Origin: a virus
Direction: 5' to 3' (one strand)
Virus record (IMG/VR): IMGVR_UViG_3300034374_004935
Coordinates: 1-64,000 of that record
DNA: 64,000 nt
Shown: piece after piece, positions 1-10,416 of the stretch
Layout: every line of letters begins with the position of its first letter
Position numbering within the stretch: the first letter of the stretch is position 1
Translations under genes and position numbers: made by a program
Notes under the pieces: generated by a model
What the model saw: only the letters and a program-made list of their open reading frames with translations
What the model was told of the DNA's origin: nothing
Databases searched by the model: none

Positions 1-592
1 TATCCCAACCAGAAATATTTATGTATCTTAAATTACTCATACTCAGAAAACAAGCTGTTGCTTGTCCAGTAACTGTAGAAACATCCCAATTTGTTAAGTC
101 TAAAGATGTTATTGAATAACAGTTTCTAAACATCCAGTAAAGTATACCATAAGTAGCATTAGTCATTTGACTTAAATTAGGAGCATCAGTAGCAGAGTAT
201 GTCATATTTTGACAGTTATTAAACATTTCTCTTACGCCATATATTATAACATTGCTTCCCCATTGTTTAAACTCAGTCCATTTAGATGCGTCAGTATTAG
301 ATTTTATATAAATTTCTCCTGTTAATTTAATTTCATGTACACCTGGAGTTACATAAGTATGTATTTTAGCATTAGTTGTTACATTTTCTATAGGAGTGCC
401 ATCTCCCCAATCTATATCATAGTTATAAGTAATACCTCCTCCAGTATTACCTCCTAATTGAAATGTTTCATTAGCTGTAGTGGTGGTAATAGTAAATATC
501 ATTTCTGAACCTGTATTTCCAGAAGGCAATACAATATTAGTAGCTTTTGAAGCTATTCCTAAAGTCTTATTAAAATTGATATTTGTAGGCAT
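1..592 (-). CDS. PKD-like + BspA/DUF285-type LRR adhesin-like virion protein (3' end outside window; absent from ORF track)
   Basis: Manual translation from ATG at 592 is open to the window edge: MPTNINFNKTLG...YDIDWGDG...HTYVTPG...KQWGS...MFNNCQNM..ATDAPNLS...MFRNCYSITSLDLTNWDVSTV. DWGDG is PKD-like; the MFxNC...LxxWDVSxV repeats are BspA/DUF285-like. Confidence 0.75.
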   Translation of the reverse strand, partial: MPTNINFNKTLGIASKATNIVLPSGNTGSEMIFTITTTTANETFQLGGNTGGGITYNYDIDWGDGTPIENVTTNAKIHTYVTPGVHEIKLTGEIYIKSNTDASKWTEFKQWGSNVIIYGVREMFNNCQNMTYSATDAPNLSQMTNATYGILYWMFRNCYSITSLDLTNWDVSTVTGQATACFLSMSNLRYINISGWD

Positions 593-597
593 AACAT

Positions 598-858
598 TTA
601 TTCTACAGGTATTGGTTCACTCCATTCTGCCGTTGCCATCAATGTCAATACTCCAGCGTGATCTAAAGATTGAGTTGGAACTATTGTGCCATCGGAAATA
701 AATGTTGGCTCGTGTCCTGATTCGTATTTCAAAACGAATAATGTTCCATCTAAGCTCTTGCGAATTGTTTGTTCACTTGTTTCCGCAACTTGACTAAAAT
801 CTACACTAGGTAAGTCTGAGATATTTACAATTATATATACGTCTGGTAAGTGTGTCAT
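598..858 (-). CDS. hypothetical protein, possible fibre-associated small protein
   Basis: 86-aa ORF tightly packed between two adhesin-like genes; function inferred from position only. Confidence 0.6.
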   Translation of the reverse strand: MTHLPDVYIIVNISDLPSVDFSQVAETSEQTIRKSLDGTLFVLKYESGHEPTFISDGTIVPTQSLDHAGVLTLMATAEWSEPIPVE

Positions 859-874
859 ATCTTTTTTTATTTAA

Positions 875-3076
875 TTATTTATTCGGTACATCATCAACTA
901 TTGATGCATTTGTCGTGTTTGTCATTGTTCCGTTATTGTTTCCTGAACCTCTATCAATTAGTGTTGGATATGAATCAAAGTCACCCATTCGCCACCACGA
1001 TATTGGATTCAATGATTCAAGTGATTGAGGAACACCATTGTTGAAAATGCTTGTAACATCACTTGCAGAAAGCTCCGAATTAAATATTGCTACTTCATCA
1101 ATGTTGCCATTAAAATATCTACCAAGACCATTGAATCTTCCTATGTCTAATTTACCATTACCATACGCTAAAGATGTAGGTAGCGTTGCACCCGTAAAAC
1201 TTTCAGAAATTCCATTTACATAAATATTCGCATTTCCTGAACTAAATGTAACCACTATGTGATTCCAAACATTCTCTATAAATGGATAATTTATAGTAGT
1301 AATTACTCTTGGCGTTCCACCTAACTCTCTAATAGCAAAATTTAATTTTGTAGTACTACCAAGTACATTTGCAGTTTGTATTGCAAAGTTTCCATTATTA
1401 TTGTAAATCCAATCAGTTATAAAACATTTTTGAGTTGTTGCAGTTGTTTGTTTTGCCCATAATGATACCGAAAAATCAGTTAAATTTTGAAGATAAGGTG
1501 CATTTCCACAATCAATGTAGTCATCAACACCATCAAACAATATTGACTTTGTATTGAATAAAGGAACATCATTTGTCCTTGATGCCAATGCCATATTTTG
1601 TGACGTTCCATTGTTACCTCCTGAACCATTATCAGGTAATGTCCAATTTGTTCCGTTCCATGTTGCATCCTCTCCCATGCGATAATATGTAGTAGGCGCA
1701 ATTAATCCATTTTCATTCAGATTGTTTGGAACTCCTTGATTAAAAATTGTTTGTACTGAAGTTGAATCTCTTAAATCTTGCCCACTCCAAATTGCAACCT
1801 CGTCTAAATATCCGTTATACCTATTGAATCCTCCATTTGCATCAATTCCAATATGTAAAACATCAGTTGCCGTATAAAAACTTGACAAAATACCCATGGC
1901 ACTTGTTGTCGTTTCATCTACACCATTTATAAAAATAGCTCCTTCCGTTCCTATTGTTCTTGATAAATCTACGCAAACAAGAATATGATTCCAATCACCA
2001 TAAGTAATTGCATTAATATTACCACTAACATATTGTGATGTTCGTGATTCTACATTAAAGGATATATCAATACCTTCATACAATACCAATGCAAATTGAC
2101 TATTGTTTGCAGTTGTATCTCTTGGATTACTAATAATGTACTCTAATAATGGTGAACCACTAATTGGTTTAATCCAAACACTTAAAGTTAATTTTGTTCC
2201 ACCATTTAATTGTGAATAAATTGAATTGGTTTCAAAAATATCATCAACCCCATCAAAACTGAATGACTTGTTTGAATATAAACTTGGAACATCATCCTCT
2301 CTGTTTGCTTCCAACATATTTTGACTTCGCATTTCAAATGATCCATTAACATCTGTCAATGTCCAAGCAAAACCATTCCATGAGGCTGTCTCACTTCTCC
2401 ACCAATTTGTTGGTTGTGGTGTTGTTGGTAGGTTATTCAAATCGTTTGCAAGTCCCTGATTAAATATCTCTAAAACTTGTGATGCAGTTAAAACAGTTCC
2501 CTGTCCCCAACAAGCCACCTCATTCAGGTTTCCGTTCATAGGTAACGAGCCATCAATATTTGCTAAAAATGAAAGGTTCGTTCCCCTTCCCATGTTTGCA
2601 GTATTAAAGTTGCTTATTCCTTGTTGAACACCGTCCAAATATATTTTCAATCTTGTATATCTATTTGATAATGTATTATCCAAAGTGACGCAAACGTGAT
2701 ACCATTTGTTGATTTGTTTAACTGAGCCACTTCCACTCCTTGTCCAATTTGCTGATGAACCCTCAACGAATGCCTCTAATTGTAAACTTGCTCCACCTGC
2801 AAAGTAAACGTGAAAACCTCGTGTTGATGTATCTGTGTTTAACCTAATCAATGTTTGATTTGGTACAATGGTATCTAATTTAAACCAAAATGACCATGAA
2901 AATTGTGTTCCGTTGTCAATGCTTTTAAAGTTACTTGTAGATAGTAATTGGTCATCAATACCATCACCAAACCATGATGTAGTATCAAGAAAAGGTTGCT
3001 CCGTAGAAGTAGGCAATACAATGCTAGTTCCGTTTATGAAACCTAGCTTTTTATCAAAATTTATACTAGTAGGCAC
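875..3076 (-). CDS. LamG/concanavalin A-like lectin repeat protein (three domains), putative fibre
   Basis: Three repeats, each starting with an (F/G)DG(I/V)DD motif and containing W(Y/N)H(V/I), Y/FxxG and FxGxxDEVA(I/C)(W/F), typical of LamG_3 domains. Confidence 0.85.
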   Translation of the reverse strand: MPTSINFDKKLGFINGTSIVLPTSTEQPFLDTTSWFGDGIDDQLLSTSNFKSIDNGTQFSWSFWFKLDTIVPNQTLIRLNTDTSTRGFHVYFAGGASLQLEAFVEGSSANWTRSGSGSVKQINKWYHVCVTLDNTLSNRYTRLKIYLDGVQQGISNFNTANMGRGTNLSFLANIDGSLPMNGNLNEVACWGQGTVLTASQVLEIFNQGLANDLNNLPTTPQPTNWWRSETASWNGFAWTLTDVNGSFEMRSQNMLEANREDDVPSLYSNKSFSFDGVDDIFETNSIYSQLNGGTKLTLSVWIKPISGSPLLEYIISNPRDTTANNSQFALVLYEGIDISFNVESRTSQYVSGNINAITYGDWNHILVCVDLSRTIGTEGAIFINGVDETTTSAMGILSSFYTATDVLHIGIDANGGFNRYNGYLDEVAIWSGQDLRDSTSVQTIFNQGVPNNLNENGLIAPTTYYRMGEDATWNGTNWTLPDNGSGGNNGTSQNMALASRTNDVPLFNTKSILFDGVDDYIDCGNAPYLQNLTDFSVSLWAKQTTATTQKCFITDWIYNNNGNFAIQTANVLGSTTKLNFAIRELGGTPRVITTINYPFIENVWNHIVVTFSSGNANIYVNGISESFTGATLPTSLAYGNGKLDIGRFNGLGRYFNGNIDEVAIFNSELSASDVTSIFNNGVPQSLESLNPISWWRMGDFDSYPTLIDRGSGNNNGTMTNTTNASIVDDVPNK

Positions 3077-3079
3077 AAA

Positions 3080-3346
3080 TTATTTTCTTAAACTAATAAT
3101 TAAAAGTTCTGATCCTGTAGCATCATATTCTATTCTACCAAGAGTACCATTAGATTCTGATGCAGAAAAAGAAATTGTTTCTCCTATTTTTAATGCTACT
3201 CCGTCGACTGTAGCATCATTTGCTGCGTCAACATTTGCAATAGAAACAGAATAAGCTCCAGATGCAATGTAACCTGGAGCATTTCTAGGTCTTTCTATAG
3301 TAGGTTTAAAAGTAACTGCCTCTGTTTGTACTTGTATTCTTCCCAT
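3080..3346 (-). CDS. hypothetical structural-module protein
   Basis: 88-aa ORF in the contiguous minus-strand operon. Confidence 0.6.
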   Translation of the reverse strand: MGRIQVQTEAVTFKPTIERPRNAPGYIASGAYSVSIANVDAANDATVDGVALKIGETISFSASESNGTLGRIEYDATGSELLIISLRK

Positions 3347-3351
3347 TTTTA

Positions 3352-4212
3352 TTATATTTTATATGTAATTGTGAAAGTAATATTTTTTTCTGTAACTATT
3401 TGCCAAGTATTTTCAACTAAATCAAAACCATCTATTCCTAAAATTATTGTGCCATTAAAAACAAGTCTAAATTGCCCAATTTTTCCTTCTATTGGTTCAA
3501 AAATATAAGATCCGTCTCCTGATTTACCTGTTAAAATAACTCTTCCATCTTTTTCAACTCCTTGAGTAAGTATAGTATCAACTTTTGTAGATCCATCATT
3601 TTTAGTTAATGTATAAGTTCCTTTAGTAAAAATATGAGACTCTACAGGCTTAGGTGGTTCTTCTTTTTTCTTTTCTTTTGTTTCAATTATTCTAAATACT
3701 TCTGATTCTACATTTTTAAATACTTCTATTTCTAACCAAATAGATACAATTTTTTCTCTAAAATTTAAAGGAACTCCTTCAGAATTAAAAACTACAAATA
3801 TTAATTGATTATCTGCAATTTTCCATCTTACGTGATATTCTGTAGCTGTTCCTTCAAAGAAATGATCAAAAGTAATTCTAGTAATATTCATGTCTGAAAA
3901 AACTTTGTTTCTTTGATTTTTTAAAACAAAGTTTATTTGTTCGTCTATTCCTGGTACTACACTAAGTTCAAATTGATAATCAGAAGGATTTAAGGTATTT
4001 TGTGCAGTAATCTTATTTACTTTAATACCATCTGTTCTAATTAAAAGAACACATTTATCTGACGGAGCATCTTCAGCTTTATTAAGAAGTCCTATTGATT
4101 TTCCATTTGTATCTAGATAAGCAACTGTTTCTTTTTCTAAATCGTAAAATAATTCTGCATTTGTTGCAGTAGCTTTATTAGCTTGTCTAGCAAATCTTTT
4201 TAAAATATTCAT
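3352..4212 (-). CDS. hypothetical structural-module protein
   Basis: 286-aa ORF with 5-6 bp gaps to both neighbours. Confidence 0.65.
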   Translation of the reverse strand: MNILKRFARQANKATATNAELFYDLEKETVAYLDTNGKSIGLLNKAEDAPSDKCVLLIRTDGIKVNKITAQNTLNPSDYQFELSVVPGIDEQINFVLKNQRNKVFSDMNITRITFDHFFEGTATEYHVRWKIADNQLIFVVFNSEGVPLNFREKIVSIWLEIEVFKNVESEVFRIIETKEKKKEEPPKPVESHIFTKGTYTLTKNDGSTKVDTILTQGVEKDGRVILTGKSGDGSYIFEPIEGKIGQFRLVFNGTIILGIDGFDLVENTWQIVTEKNITFTITYKI

Positions 4213-4218
4213 TAGTAA

Positions 4219-4824
4219 TTAGTTTAATAATTTTTTAATTTGTTTGTATGTTAAAATATTGTAATTAGTAGTTTCTTCTTCAATGTCTCTAGTATCGTAA
4301 CAATTTAAAATTTCTAAAACTCTTTTTTCGTTTTTGAGACATTCTAACACTTCTGGTTGAACGTATCCAAAAGATACTTGATTAACAAATTTTAAAACAT
4401 CTTTAGCAAAAGTACATTGTTTATCCCAAACTAATTTATCAAAACATTCTTTATTTTTTTCATTTGCAGTTTGTGCTAAACTTGTAAGAGTAATATCTCC
4501 TCGTCCTCCTCCTGTACCATTGTCAGGTTGTAAAAGAGTTCCGTTACTATCTATAATAATAAATCCGATCAAAGTTCTTCCTGATCCAGGAGATAAATGT
4601 AAATCAAAAGGAGGTGCGCCTCCACTTCCATATAAAAAGGATAATATAGATCCTACACCTGTACCTCCTTCTGTAGGAGGAGCGGCTAAATAAGTAATTT
4701 CTGTTACTTCTTGACCTACAACTAATTCTGATAATGCTGCAAAATCATTTATTCTAAATAGATATACATTCCAAGGAGAATTATAACTAGTAGATGGGGC
4801 GCTATATAATAATGATGTTGTCAT
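4219..4824 (-). CDS. putative tail hub/fibre attachment protein
   Basis: Helical Cys-bearing C-terminus (KECF..KQC..ECL..LNCYD) and position among tail genes, as in crAss-like phages. Confidence 0.45.
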   Translation of the reverse strand: MTTSLLYSAPSTSYNSPWNVYLFRINDFAALSELVVGQEVTEITYLAAPPTEGGTGVGSILSFLYGSGGAPPFDLHLSPGSGRTLIGFIIIDSNGTLLQPDNGTGGGRGDITLTSLAQTANEKNKECFDKLVWDKQCTFAKDVLKFVNQVSFGYVQPEVLECLKNEKRVLEILNCYDTRDIEEETTNYNILTYKQIKKLLN

Positions 4825-4825
4825 A

Positions 4826-6706
4826 TTATTCTCGTATTACTATTTGCCAATCTGTTATTGTTATGTTTGCCGTTCCTGTATTGTTTTGAACATACCAAGT
4901 TAATTGGTTTGTTTCTTCAGCTAAACAAGCAAATGTCATAGTTACAGTTCCAGAAGTATTAGTTGCTCCTGTACTTAAATGACTATTTGCAAATTGGACT
5001 CCATTTTTATATATAAAAAAACTATATTCATCACTACCACCACCACTTTTAGTAAAAGTAATAGTAGCATGTATAGACACAAACACTTGTTTTCCTCCTA
5101 GATAGGTTGCAACTCCACTAGAACTACCGCTCCAACGTACTCTATCTTGTTGTGCATTGTTATTACCACAATTTACTTGTACTGGTGTTCCACTAGAAGC
5201 TATTGTAGTAGCAGTTGTGTTGTTAATCATAGTCATTAAAATACCAGCCGTAGAATTTAACAATCCTTGATTAGCTGCAACATCATAATAATATGTAGCA
5301 GGTTGAGTATAATCAGGTAAAAGTGCGATTGGAATTTCAGGTAAAAATAATTTTCCAGTAGTTAATCCGACATTTATAAAAGTATTTGAGCTTATAGTTC
5401 CAAAGACAGTTCTTGAAGAAGTATTAATATTAATTCCATTTTGTGTTTGTTCAGGATGAACAATACATGAATTAATATTAACTACTGCAAATCCAACATT
5501 ATCTGGTCCATTTGCAAGTAATTCAATCATTGACGCAGTTGAATAAGTTGTAGCCGTAGCTTCGTCATACCAGTTATATAATTCGCAACTTGACATTTCT
5601 AAATGCCTAACGTCTTTAAATTGAAAGCCTACACTTCCTGTAGTATACCAACAAATTGAGTTGTTTAAATCGACTAATTCAAAGCCTGTAATTGTCATGA
5701 GATCATAACAACCTCTAAACTCACAACCAAAAATCTGTAATACTTTTGTTCTGCCATAATTATTAGCACTAACACCAGCAGTATAATTAATAGCATCAAG
5801 TATTTTACCTGTAGTAGTAGTATTAAAACCTACATTTTGAATACTAAAATCTACATCTGTAATATCGAATAAAGTGCCTGTGCCTGTGTATTGAATTAAA
5901 TCTTTAGTTCTGTCAAGACCTACAATCTTTGAGCCGTCATTATTAACTGTAATAGTGCTACTTACTCTGATCAATCCACGAATAACATAAGTAGTGTTTG
6001 CCGCTAAAGTGCTTGGTAGATGCGCAGCATCTGTTACTTCGACAATATTAGTGCCATTAGCAATACGAATCATTTGCCCACTAGTAAAAGTTAAGCTATC
6101 TGTTAACGTAGCCGTTCTTGTAGTGCCTATTGTACTATCTCCAGTATATATTGTTGTTAATCCACCTCCATCTGCTCCATTTATTATATAAGAAATAGCG
6201 TATTCTTTAGTATTAGCTAAATTACCTGTTGCAACAACTACTGAAGATACAGTGAGCTCAACGTGACTTGCTTGAATACTTCCTGCGCTTATCTTATATA
6301 TTCCTATTACACTACTATCATCTAAACTTGCTATTTGAAGAATTACTTCTCTTCCTGCTAAAATAGCAATGCGAATATTTGTTGCCCAAGTTTGGTAAGC
6401 ATTTGGTGTGCCTACAATAGATTGATAGTTTATACTAATATTTCCTACAGTAGATAAAGTTAAACTATCTGTAATAAAAGTTTCTACATTAGGAGTATTA
6501 GGTGATACGATACCACTATCAAATCTCCACCTACCTCCATTAGCCCCATCTTCTCCTCTAGGTCCTGAAAAATCTTCTGTAGTATAAGAACTACCATCTG
6601 TTAAAAATATTGTAAAAGTTCCGTCTCCATTATTTACAATAGTTTGAATTCCGACACCATCTGTGCCTGATAATAATGTTACTTCGTTACAATCTTTACA
6701 ACTCAT
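4826..6706 (-). CDS. tail fibre/spike protein
   Basis: N-terminal CKDC...NGDGTFTI anchor, short Gly-X-Y segment (GPRGEDGANG), Thr/Ser/Asn-rich beta-helix-like middle and beta-sandwich-like C-terminus. Confidence 0.7.
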   Translation of the reverse strand: MSCKDCNEVTLLSGTDGVGIQTIVNNGDGTFTIFLTDGSSYTTEDFSGPRGEDGANGGRWRFDSGIVSPNTPNVETFITDSLTLSTVGNISINYQSIVGTPNAYQTWATNIRIAILAGREVILQIASLDDSSVIGIYKISAGSIQASHVELTVSSVVVATGNLANTKEYAISYIINGADGGGLTTIYTGDSTIGTTRTATLTDSLTFTSGQMIRIANGTNIVEVTDAAHLPSTLAANTTYVIRGLIRVSSTITVNNDGSKIVGLDRTKDLIQYTGTGTLFDITDVDFSIQNVGFNTTTTGKILDAINYTAGVSANNYGRTKVLQIFGCEFRGCYDLMTITGFELVDLNNSICWYTTGSVGFQFKDVRHLEMSSCELYNWYDEATATTYSTASMIELLANGPDNVGFAVVNINSCIVHPEQTQNGININTSSRTVFGTISSNTFINVGLTTGKLFLPEIPIALLPDYTQPATYYYDVAANQGLLNSTAGILMTMINNTTATTIASSGTPVQVNCGNNNAQQDRVRWSGSSSGVATYLGGKQVFVSIHATITFTKSGGGSDEYSFFIYKNGVQFANSHLSTGATNTSGTVTMTFACLAEETNQLTWYVQNNTGTANITITDWQIVIRE

Positions 6707-6712
6707 TTTATT

Positions 6713-7462
6713 TTATTTTTTAACAGATAAAGTGGCATTTACTTGGATAAACTCATTATCTGCAATAACGGTTCCGTCGTTAGTATAACTATATGATATA
6801 TATAATAAATCTCCTTTATTAAAAGTTATAGTACTTATAGGATAATCTACACATGCAGTATATAAACCAGAAGTTCCTGCTAAAGTTAATTGATATTCTA
6901 CAGGAATAGTTAATGCAGTTAAATCAGTATCTGATCCAGCATTACCTATATCTGAACAAGCTAATTTATACATTAAAAAATTAATAAATATTGTACTAGC
7001 ACTATGATTAGTAGCAAACGTTGCTCTTAAAGATAAAGTGTTTCCAGAAATTACATCTACAGGACTTGGTACTCCACAAGCTACTACTGTTTCAGTAGGA
7101 GTAAGTCTTGTTGCTCCTGAATAATCTATTAATACTGGAGTAGTTTTAATTTGTCCTTGTAAAGGTGTGGCTACTATTTTAGTAGTTCCAGAACCTGCAG
7201 CAGTGTAAGTATCTGTACGACCTATCATTTGATTACCTATTGCTGCTCCATTTTCTGAGTAAAAATCAGGACCTAATGTAAAAAAATTATGATGTAATAA
7301 AGGAACATCTCCTTGATCAGTCATAGTAATAGTTTGACTAGTGCCATTATCTAAAAATATAGTAAATGTACCATCGCCATTATCTACAATAGCAGAAATA
7401 CCTGTTCCATCATTACCTGCTAATAATGTGACATCTTTACAATCTTTACATCCGCATCCCAT
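6713..7462 (-). CDS. fibre-like protein, N-terminal paralogue of 4826..6706
   Basis: MGCGCKDCKDVTLLAGNDGTGISAIVDNGDGTFTIFL closely matches MSCKDCNEVTLLSGTDGVGIQTIVNNGDGTFTIFL. Confidence 0.65.
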   Translation of the reverse strand: MGCGCKDCKDVTLLAGNDGTGISAIVDNGDGTFTIFLDNGTSQTITMTDQGDVPLLHHNFFTLGPDFYSENGAAIGNQMIGRTDTYTAAGSGTTKIVATPLQGQIKTTPVLIDYSGATRLTPTETVVACGVPSPVDVISGNTLSLRATFATNHSASTIFINFLMYKLACSDIGNAGSDTDLTALTIPVEYQLTLAGTSGLYTACVDYPISTITFNKGDLLYISYSYTNDGTVIADNEFIQVNATLSVKK

Positions 7463-7472
7463 AATTTAAGTT

Positions 7473-8294
7473 TTAACAGTTACCAGTATTACACTCGTCA
7501 AGTGTATTGCAATATGTTGTTGCCGCAGCAAGTATTGCTTCTGCAGTGTCGAAATCTCCGCAACTAAATGCTGATTGTATGCCGTATATATAAATTTCCA
7601 TTTGATCTACATATGTTTTTAATTTCTCTACGGTCTCTTCATCACATGCATCGATTAACTTAACAATTAAGTTATCTTTACAATTACATAGATTGCATAA
7701 AAATAAAACGTATTGTTTATCGTTTTCATAAGTATTAGATGCATCTTGTACTTTGTAAACTATTCTATATACTCCATCGTTACCTGACCAAGCAACTTCT
7801 GATAAAGCTGTAAAAGCTCCTGGAGTAGGAGCACCTGCTACGCCTGCGTAGACATCTGTAGTGCCATCTTTTAATATAAAATTTTGTGTAAGAACATTAC
7901 CGTTAATAGTAGTAGAAGATACTGTTTGAGCGATATTTACTGTATAAGTACCTCCGTTATTAGATCCTGTTCCTGTAAGTAATGCTGTGATTTTTGTTCC
8001 AGCTGCTACACCAACACCTGTAAGAGTTTGTCCTACTTTAAATGTTCCTGATATATGTGTAACGTCTGTGAACGTTGTTCCTGATATAGTGCCCGTACCC
8101 GAAGCTTGCACATCAGGAGTTTCGTCACTATTAAAAAATTGAACATCAGCATAAACAATTGCTGATGTATCAATATTTGGCGTTCCCCAACCTCCGTTAT
8201 TTGTAGATAATACATAAGGACCTGTTTCCTCTTGTATTGTAATCTTATCGCATTTATTATTTAAAGATGCGGAAATTTTAGGTTTGAGTGCCAT
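7473..8294 (-). CDS. putative tail hub protein
   Basis: ETGxY...NxGGWGTPN N-terminus and Cys-rich helical C-terminus (CNLCNC...C...C...CNTLDEC); lies directly after the auxiliary-capsid-like gene, as in crAss-like gene order. Confidence 0.55.
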   Translation of the reverse strand: MALKPKISASLNNKCDKITIQEETGPYVLSTNNGGWGTPNIDTSAIVYADVQFFNSDETPDVQASGTGTISGTTFTDVTHISGTFKVGQTLTGVGVAAGTKITALLTGTGSNNGGTYTVNIAQTVSSTTINGNVLTQNFILKDGTTDVYAGVAGAPTPGAFTALSEVAWSGNDGVYRIVYKVQDASNTYENDKQYVLFLCNLCNCKDNLIVKLIDACDEETVEKLKTYVDQMEIYIYGIQSAFSCGDFDTAEAILAAATTYCNTLDECNTGNC

Positions 8295-8317
8295 TTAGTT
8301 TTTTTTAGTTATTAATT

Positions 8318-8366
8318 AAAAAATATAGTAGCCCGCCATAGACAGCAATTTTATGGCGGGACTACT
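8318..8366 (-). terminator. intrinsic terminator after 8384..9619
   Basis: Stem agtag-cccgccata (8327-8340) / tatggcggg-a-ctact (8352-8366), followed on the minus strand by ATATTTTTT. Confidence 0.75.
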
Positions 8367-8383
8367 GTGGGTGGAGAATTTAC

Positions 8384-9619
8384 TTATTCTTCGAAATCAG
8401 AATCTGCAAATCCAAATACATCAACTACAAGTTCTTCACCTGTTGATTGAGTTGCTGGGAAAGCCCCGCTTGTACCTAAATCTACATAAACTAATACTGA
8501 TCCTTTACCTCCTTGAAGAGAAACTAATCCTCGAATATCTTCTGTCCAAGAGATTTCCATACATCCGTATTTGTTTCCTTCAATAACTGCTTGATCTCTC
8601 ATTCGTGGTGGAACACCTAACATGCTGTTTTCACCTTCAAATCCGTAGCTCATGTACTCATCCATAGCAACTTGTTGCCATACACCAGAACCTGTACGAG
8701 CTCCTGTTGTAGTAATCAAAGTTGACTCATCAGAGAAAGTTACAGTGAATCGGTTAACGTAGTAATCACGGAAAGCGTTTACATCAAAGTCAGCTTGTAC
8801 ACCTGTAAGTCTAACACCAAAGTTAGCAGCTGCTGTAAGTTTACCGTGGTTAGTAGCATAAGTAGTACCTGTTGCTAAAGCTGTTACAGTTGTTCCTTCA
8901 AAAGGAGTTGACAACGTTACAGTTGTAGTTGTAGGTACAGCTGCTACTTGATAAGTTGCTCCTGCAATAAATACTAAATCACCTACTGCTAAAGAGTGAG
9001 CTGCAGAGTAAGTTAAAGCTGTTGATCCATTAGTTGCTGCTAATGTAGCAGTACCAATAGCCGCGGTAGTACCGTCAGAAATTACATCAAACTTTAAATA
9101 ACCATTAGCGGGCTCTTTTGCAAAATTTGCTTGTCCGTTTTTAACTAAAGCAAAAGCAACTTCTTCTTGAGTAGCAGAAGCATCACTCTTAATAGGACCT
9201 GCAAAAAGGCTCATTGGTTGAGATCGGTTAGCTGCATCATTATCATTCTTACGAATTTTGATAAAGTAATCTGTTGAATTAGCTGCAGGAAGAGAACCAG
9301 TAGTTCCGTTAAATCCTACAATTGATACTTGTTGTACAGCTACTCGGTGAATACTAGTAGAAAGTGTAGCACTTGCTTTAGTAATCATAGGAGAAATCAT
9401 TAATTGTTTTCCTGTACCTTTTCCTTGTACGATTCGGTAACGATCAGCTGCTGCTAAAGCGGCTGCATCCATTCTGCGCATTCCTGCATCTACTGCAACA
9501 ATAGCGCCTTCTTCCAAGTTAGAATCAGATACAACTGTACCAACTGCTGGAAGGTTTCCTGCTTGTTTTGTGCTATCGTCTAATACGACACTAAACACAT
9601 TGTCTGCGGTTCTAAGCAT
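8384..9619 (-). CDS. putative auxiliary capsid/structural protein (crAss-like conserved structural block)
   Basis: 411 aa, Ala/Thr-rich, third gene downstream of the major capsid gene, followed by a terminator; assignment by synteny. Confidence 0.6.
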   Translation of the reverse strand: MLRTADNVFSVVLDDSTKQAGNLPAVGTVVSDSNLEEGAIVAVDAGMRRMDAAALAAADRYRIVQGKGTGKQLMISPMITKASATLSTSIHRVAVQQVSIVGFNGTTGSLPAANSTDYFIKIRKNDNDAANRSQPMSLFAGPIKSDASATQEEVAFALVKNGQANFAKEPANGYLKFDVISDGTTAAIGTATLAATNGSTALTYSAAHSLAVGDLVFIAGATYQVAAVPTTTTVTLSTPFEGTTVTALATGTTYATNHGKLTAAANFGVRLTGVQADFDVNAFRDYYVNRFTVTFSDESTLITTTGARTGSGVWQQVAMDEYMSYGFEGENSMLGVPPRMRDQAVIEGNKYGCMEISWTEDIRGLVSLQGGKGSVLVYVDLGTSGAFPATQSTGEELVVDVFGFADSDFEE

Positions 9620-9651
9620 TTGTTTTTGTTTTTAAAAATTAATATTCATTA

Positions 9652-10416
9652 TTATTCTAAGTCTCTAAAGTTCTCAATTGTTTGAACTTTTTGTTCTTTT
9701 ACTCTTTGTAACATTAAATCTGTTGCTATGCCGACTATTACTACATGAGTACTTTCGTCAAGCTCACAGTTTCTTTGATCATCAGGAACTGCTCTATCTA
9801 CTCTTATATTTTCTGGATTCTTAACGTATCTTATATGATAATTTGTTACGTTAAAAGTACCATCAGTAAATAGTTCGTGGCGTTTAGCTGTTTCAGTATC
9901 TCCAGGATTTAATGCTGAAGTTTCTCTACTAAACTCTGAACGCCAAACTCTACAATCTCCATTAGGTCTATAAAATGGTTTCTTGTATTTACTCCAATTA
10001 AATCTTTGCATTTCATTGTGAGCAACTACCATAACCCATCCTATAATACTATTGTTAGTGTCACATTCTGTTTTATCAATTGTACACTCTTCATAAATAG
10101 TATACATGTGATCACTTGGTAGGTCGTAGAATTTACCTGTTACATTATTATTTACTAGCACACCCGCTTGGTCTGCCGAAGCCGAAAGGTTGTTAGCATC
10201 TTTAACTAATGCTGACAACCCTTGGTTTCTAATTTCTGTCTCCTCAAAGCCTTTTTGTTTTCTGTTGTTTACTTCATCAAAAAACTTTTTAACGTATAAC
10301 TGCTGTGCCTCTGTTAGCACGGAAGATAAATCAAAATCTTCGTAACCAGGAGAGCCAAAGCTATCAGCTCTGTCTAGCTTCTCCTCTAACATATCGGCCA
10401 TTTCGTTTGCAGTCAT
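9652..10416 (-). CDS. putative tail ring/head-tail connector protein
   Basis: PGYEDxDxSxxLTEAQ N-terminus and YxxRYVKxP...CELxxxTHxxIVxxA C-terminus, typical of crAss-like ring proteins. Confidence 0.65.
   Translation of the reverse strand: MTANEMADMLEEKLDRADSFGSPGYEDFDLSSVLTEAQQLYVKKFFDEVNNRKQKGFEETEIRNQGLSALVKDANNLSASADQAGVLVNNNVTGKFYDLPSDHMYTIYEECTIDKTECDTNNSIIGWVMVVAHNEMQRFNWSKYKKPFYRPNGDCRVWRSEFSRETSALNPGDTETAKRHELFTDGTFNVTNYHIRYVKNPENIRVDRAVPDDQRNCELDESTHVVIVGIATDLMLQRVKEQKVQTIENFRDLE

Noticed and set aside
1-7462. Diversity-generating retroelement acting on fibre genes
   Set aside because: No reverse transcriptase and no template/variable repeat pair differing at adenines was noticed in this window.
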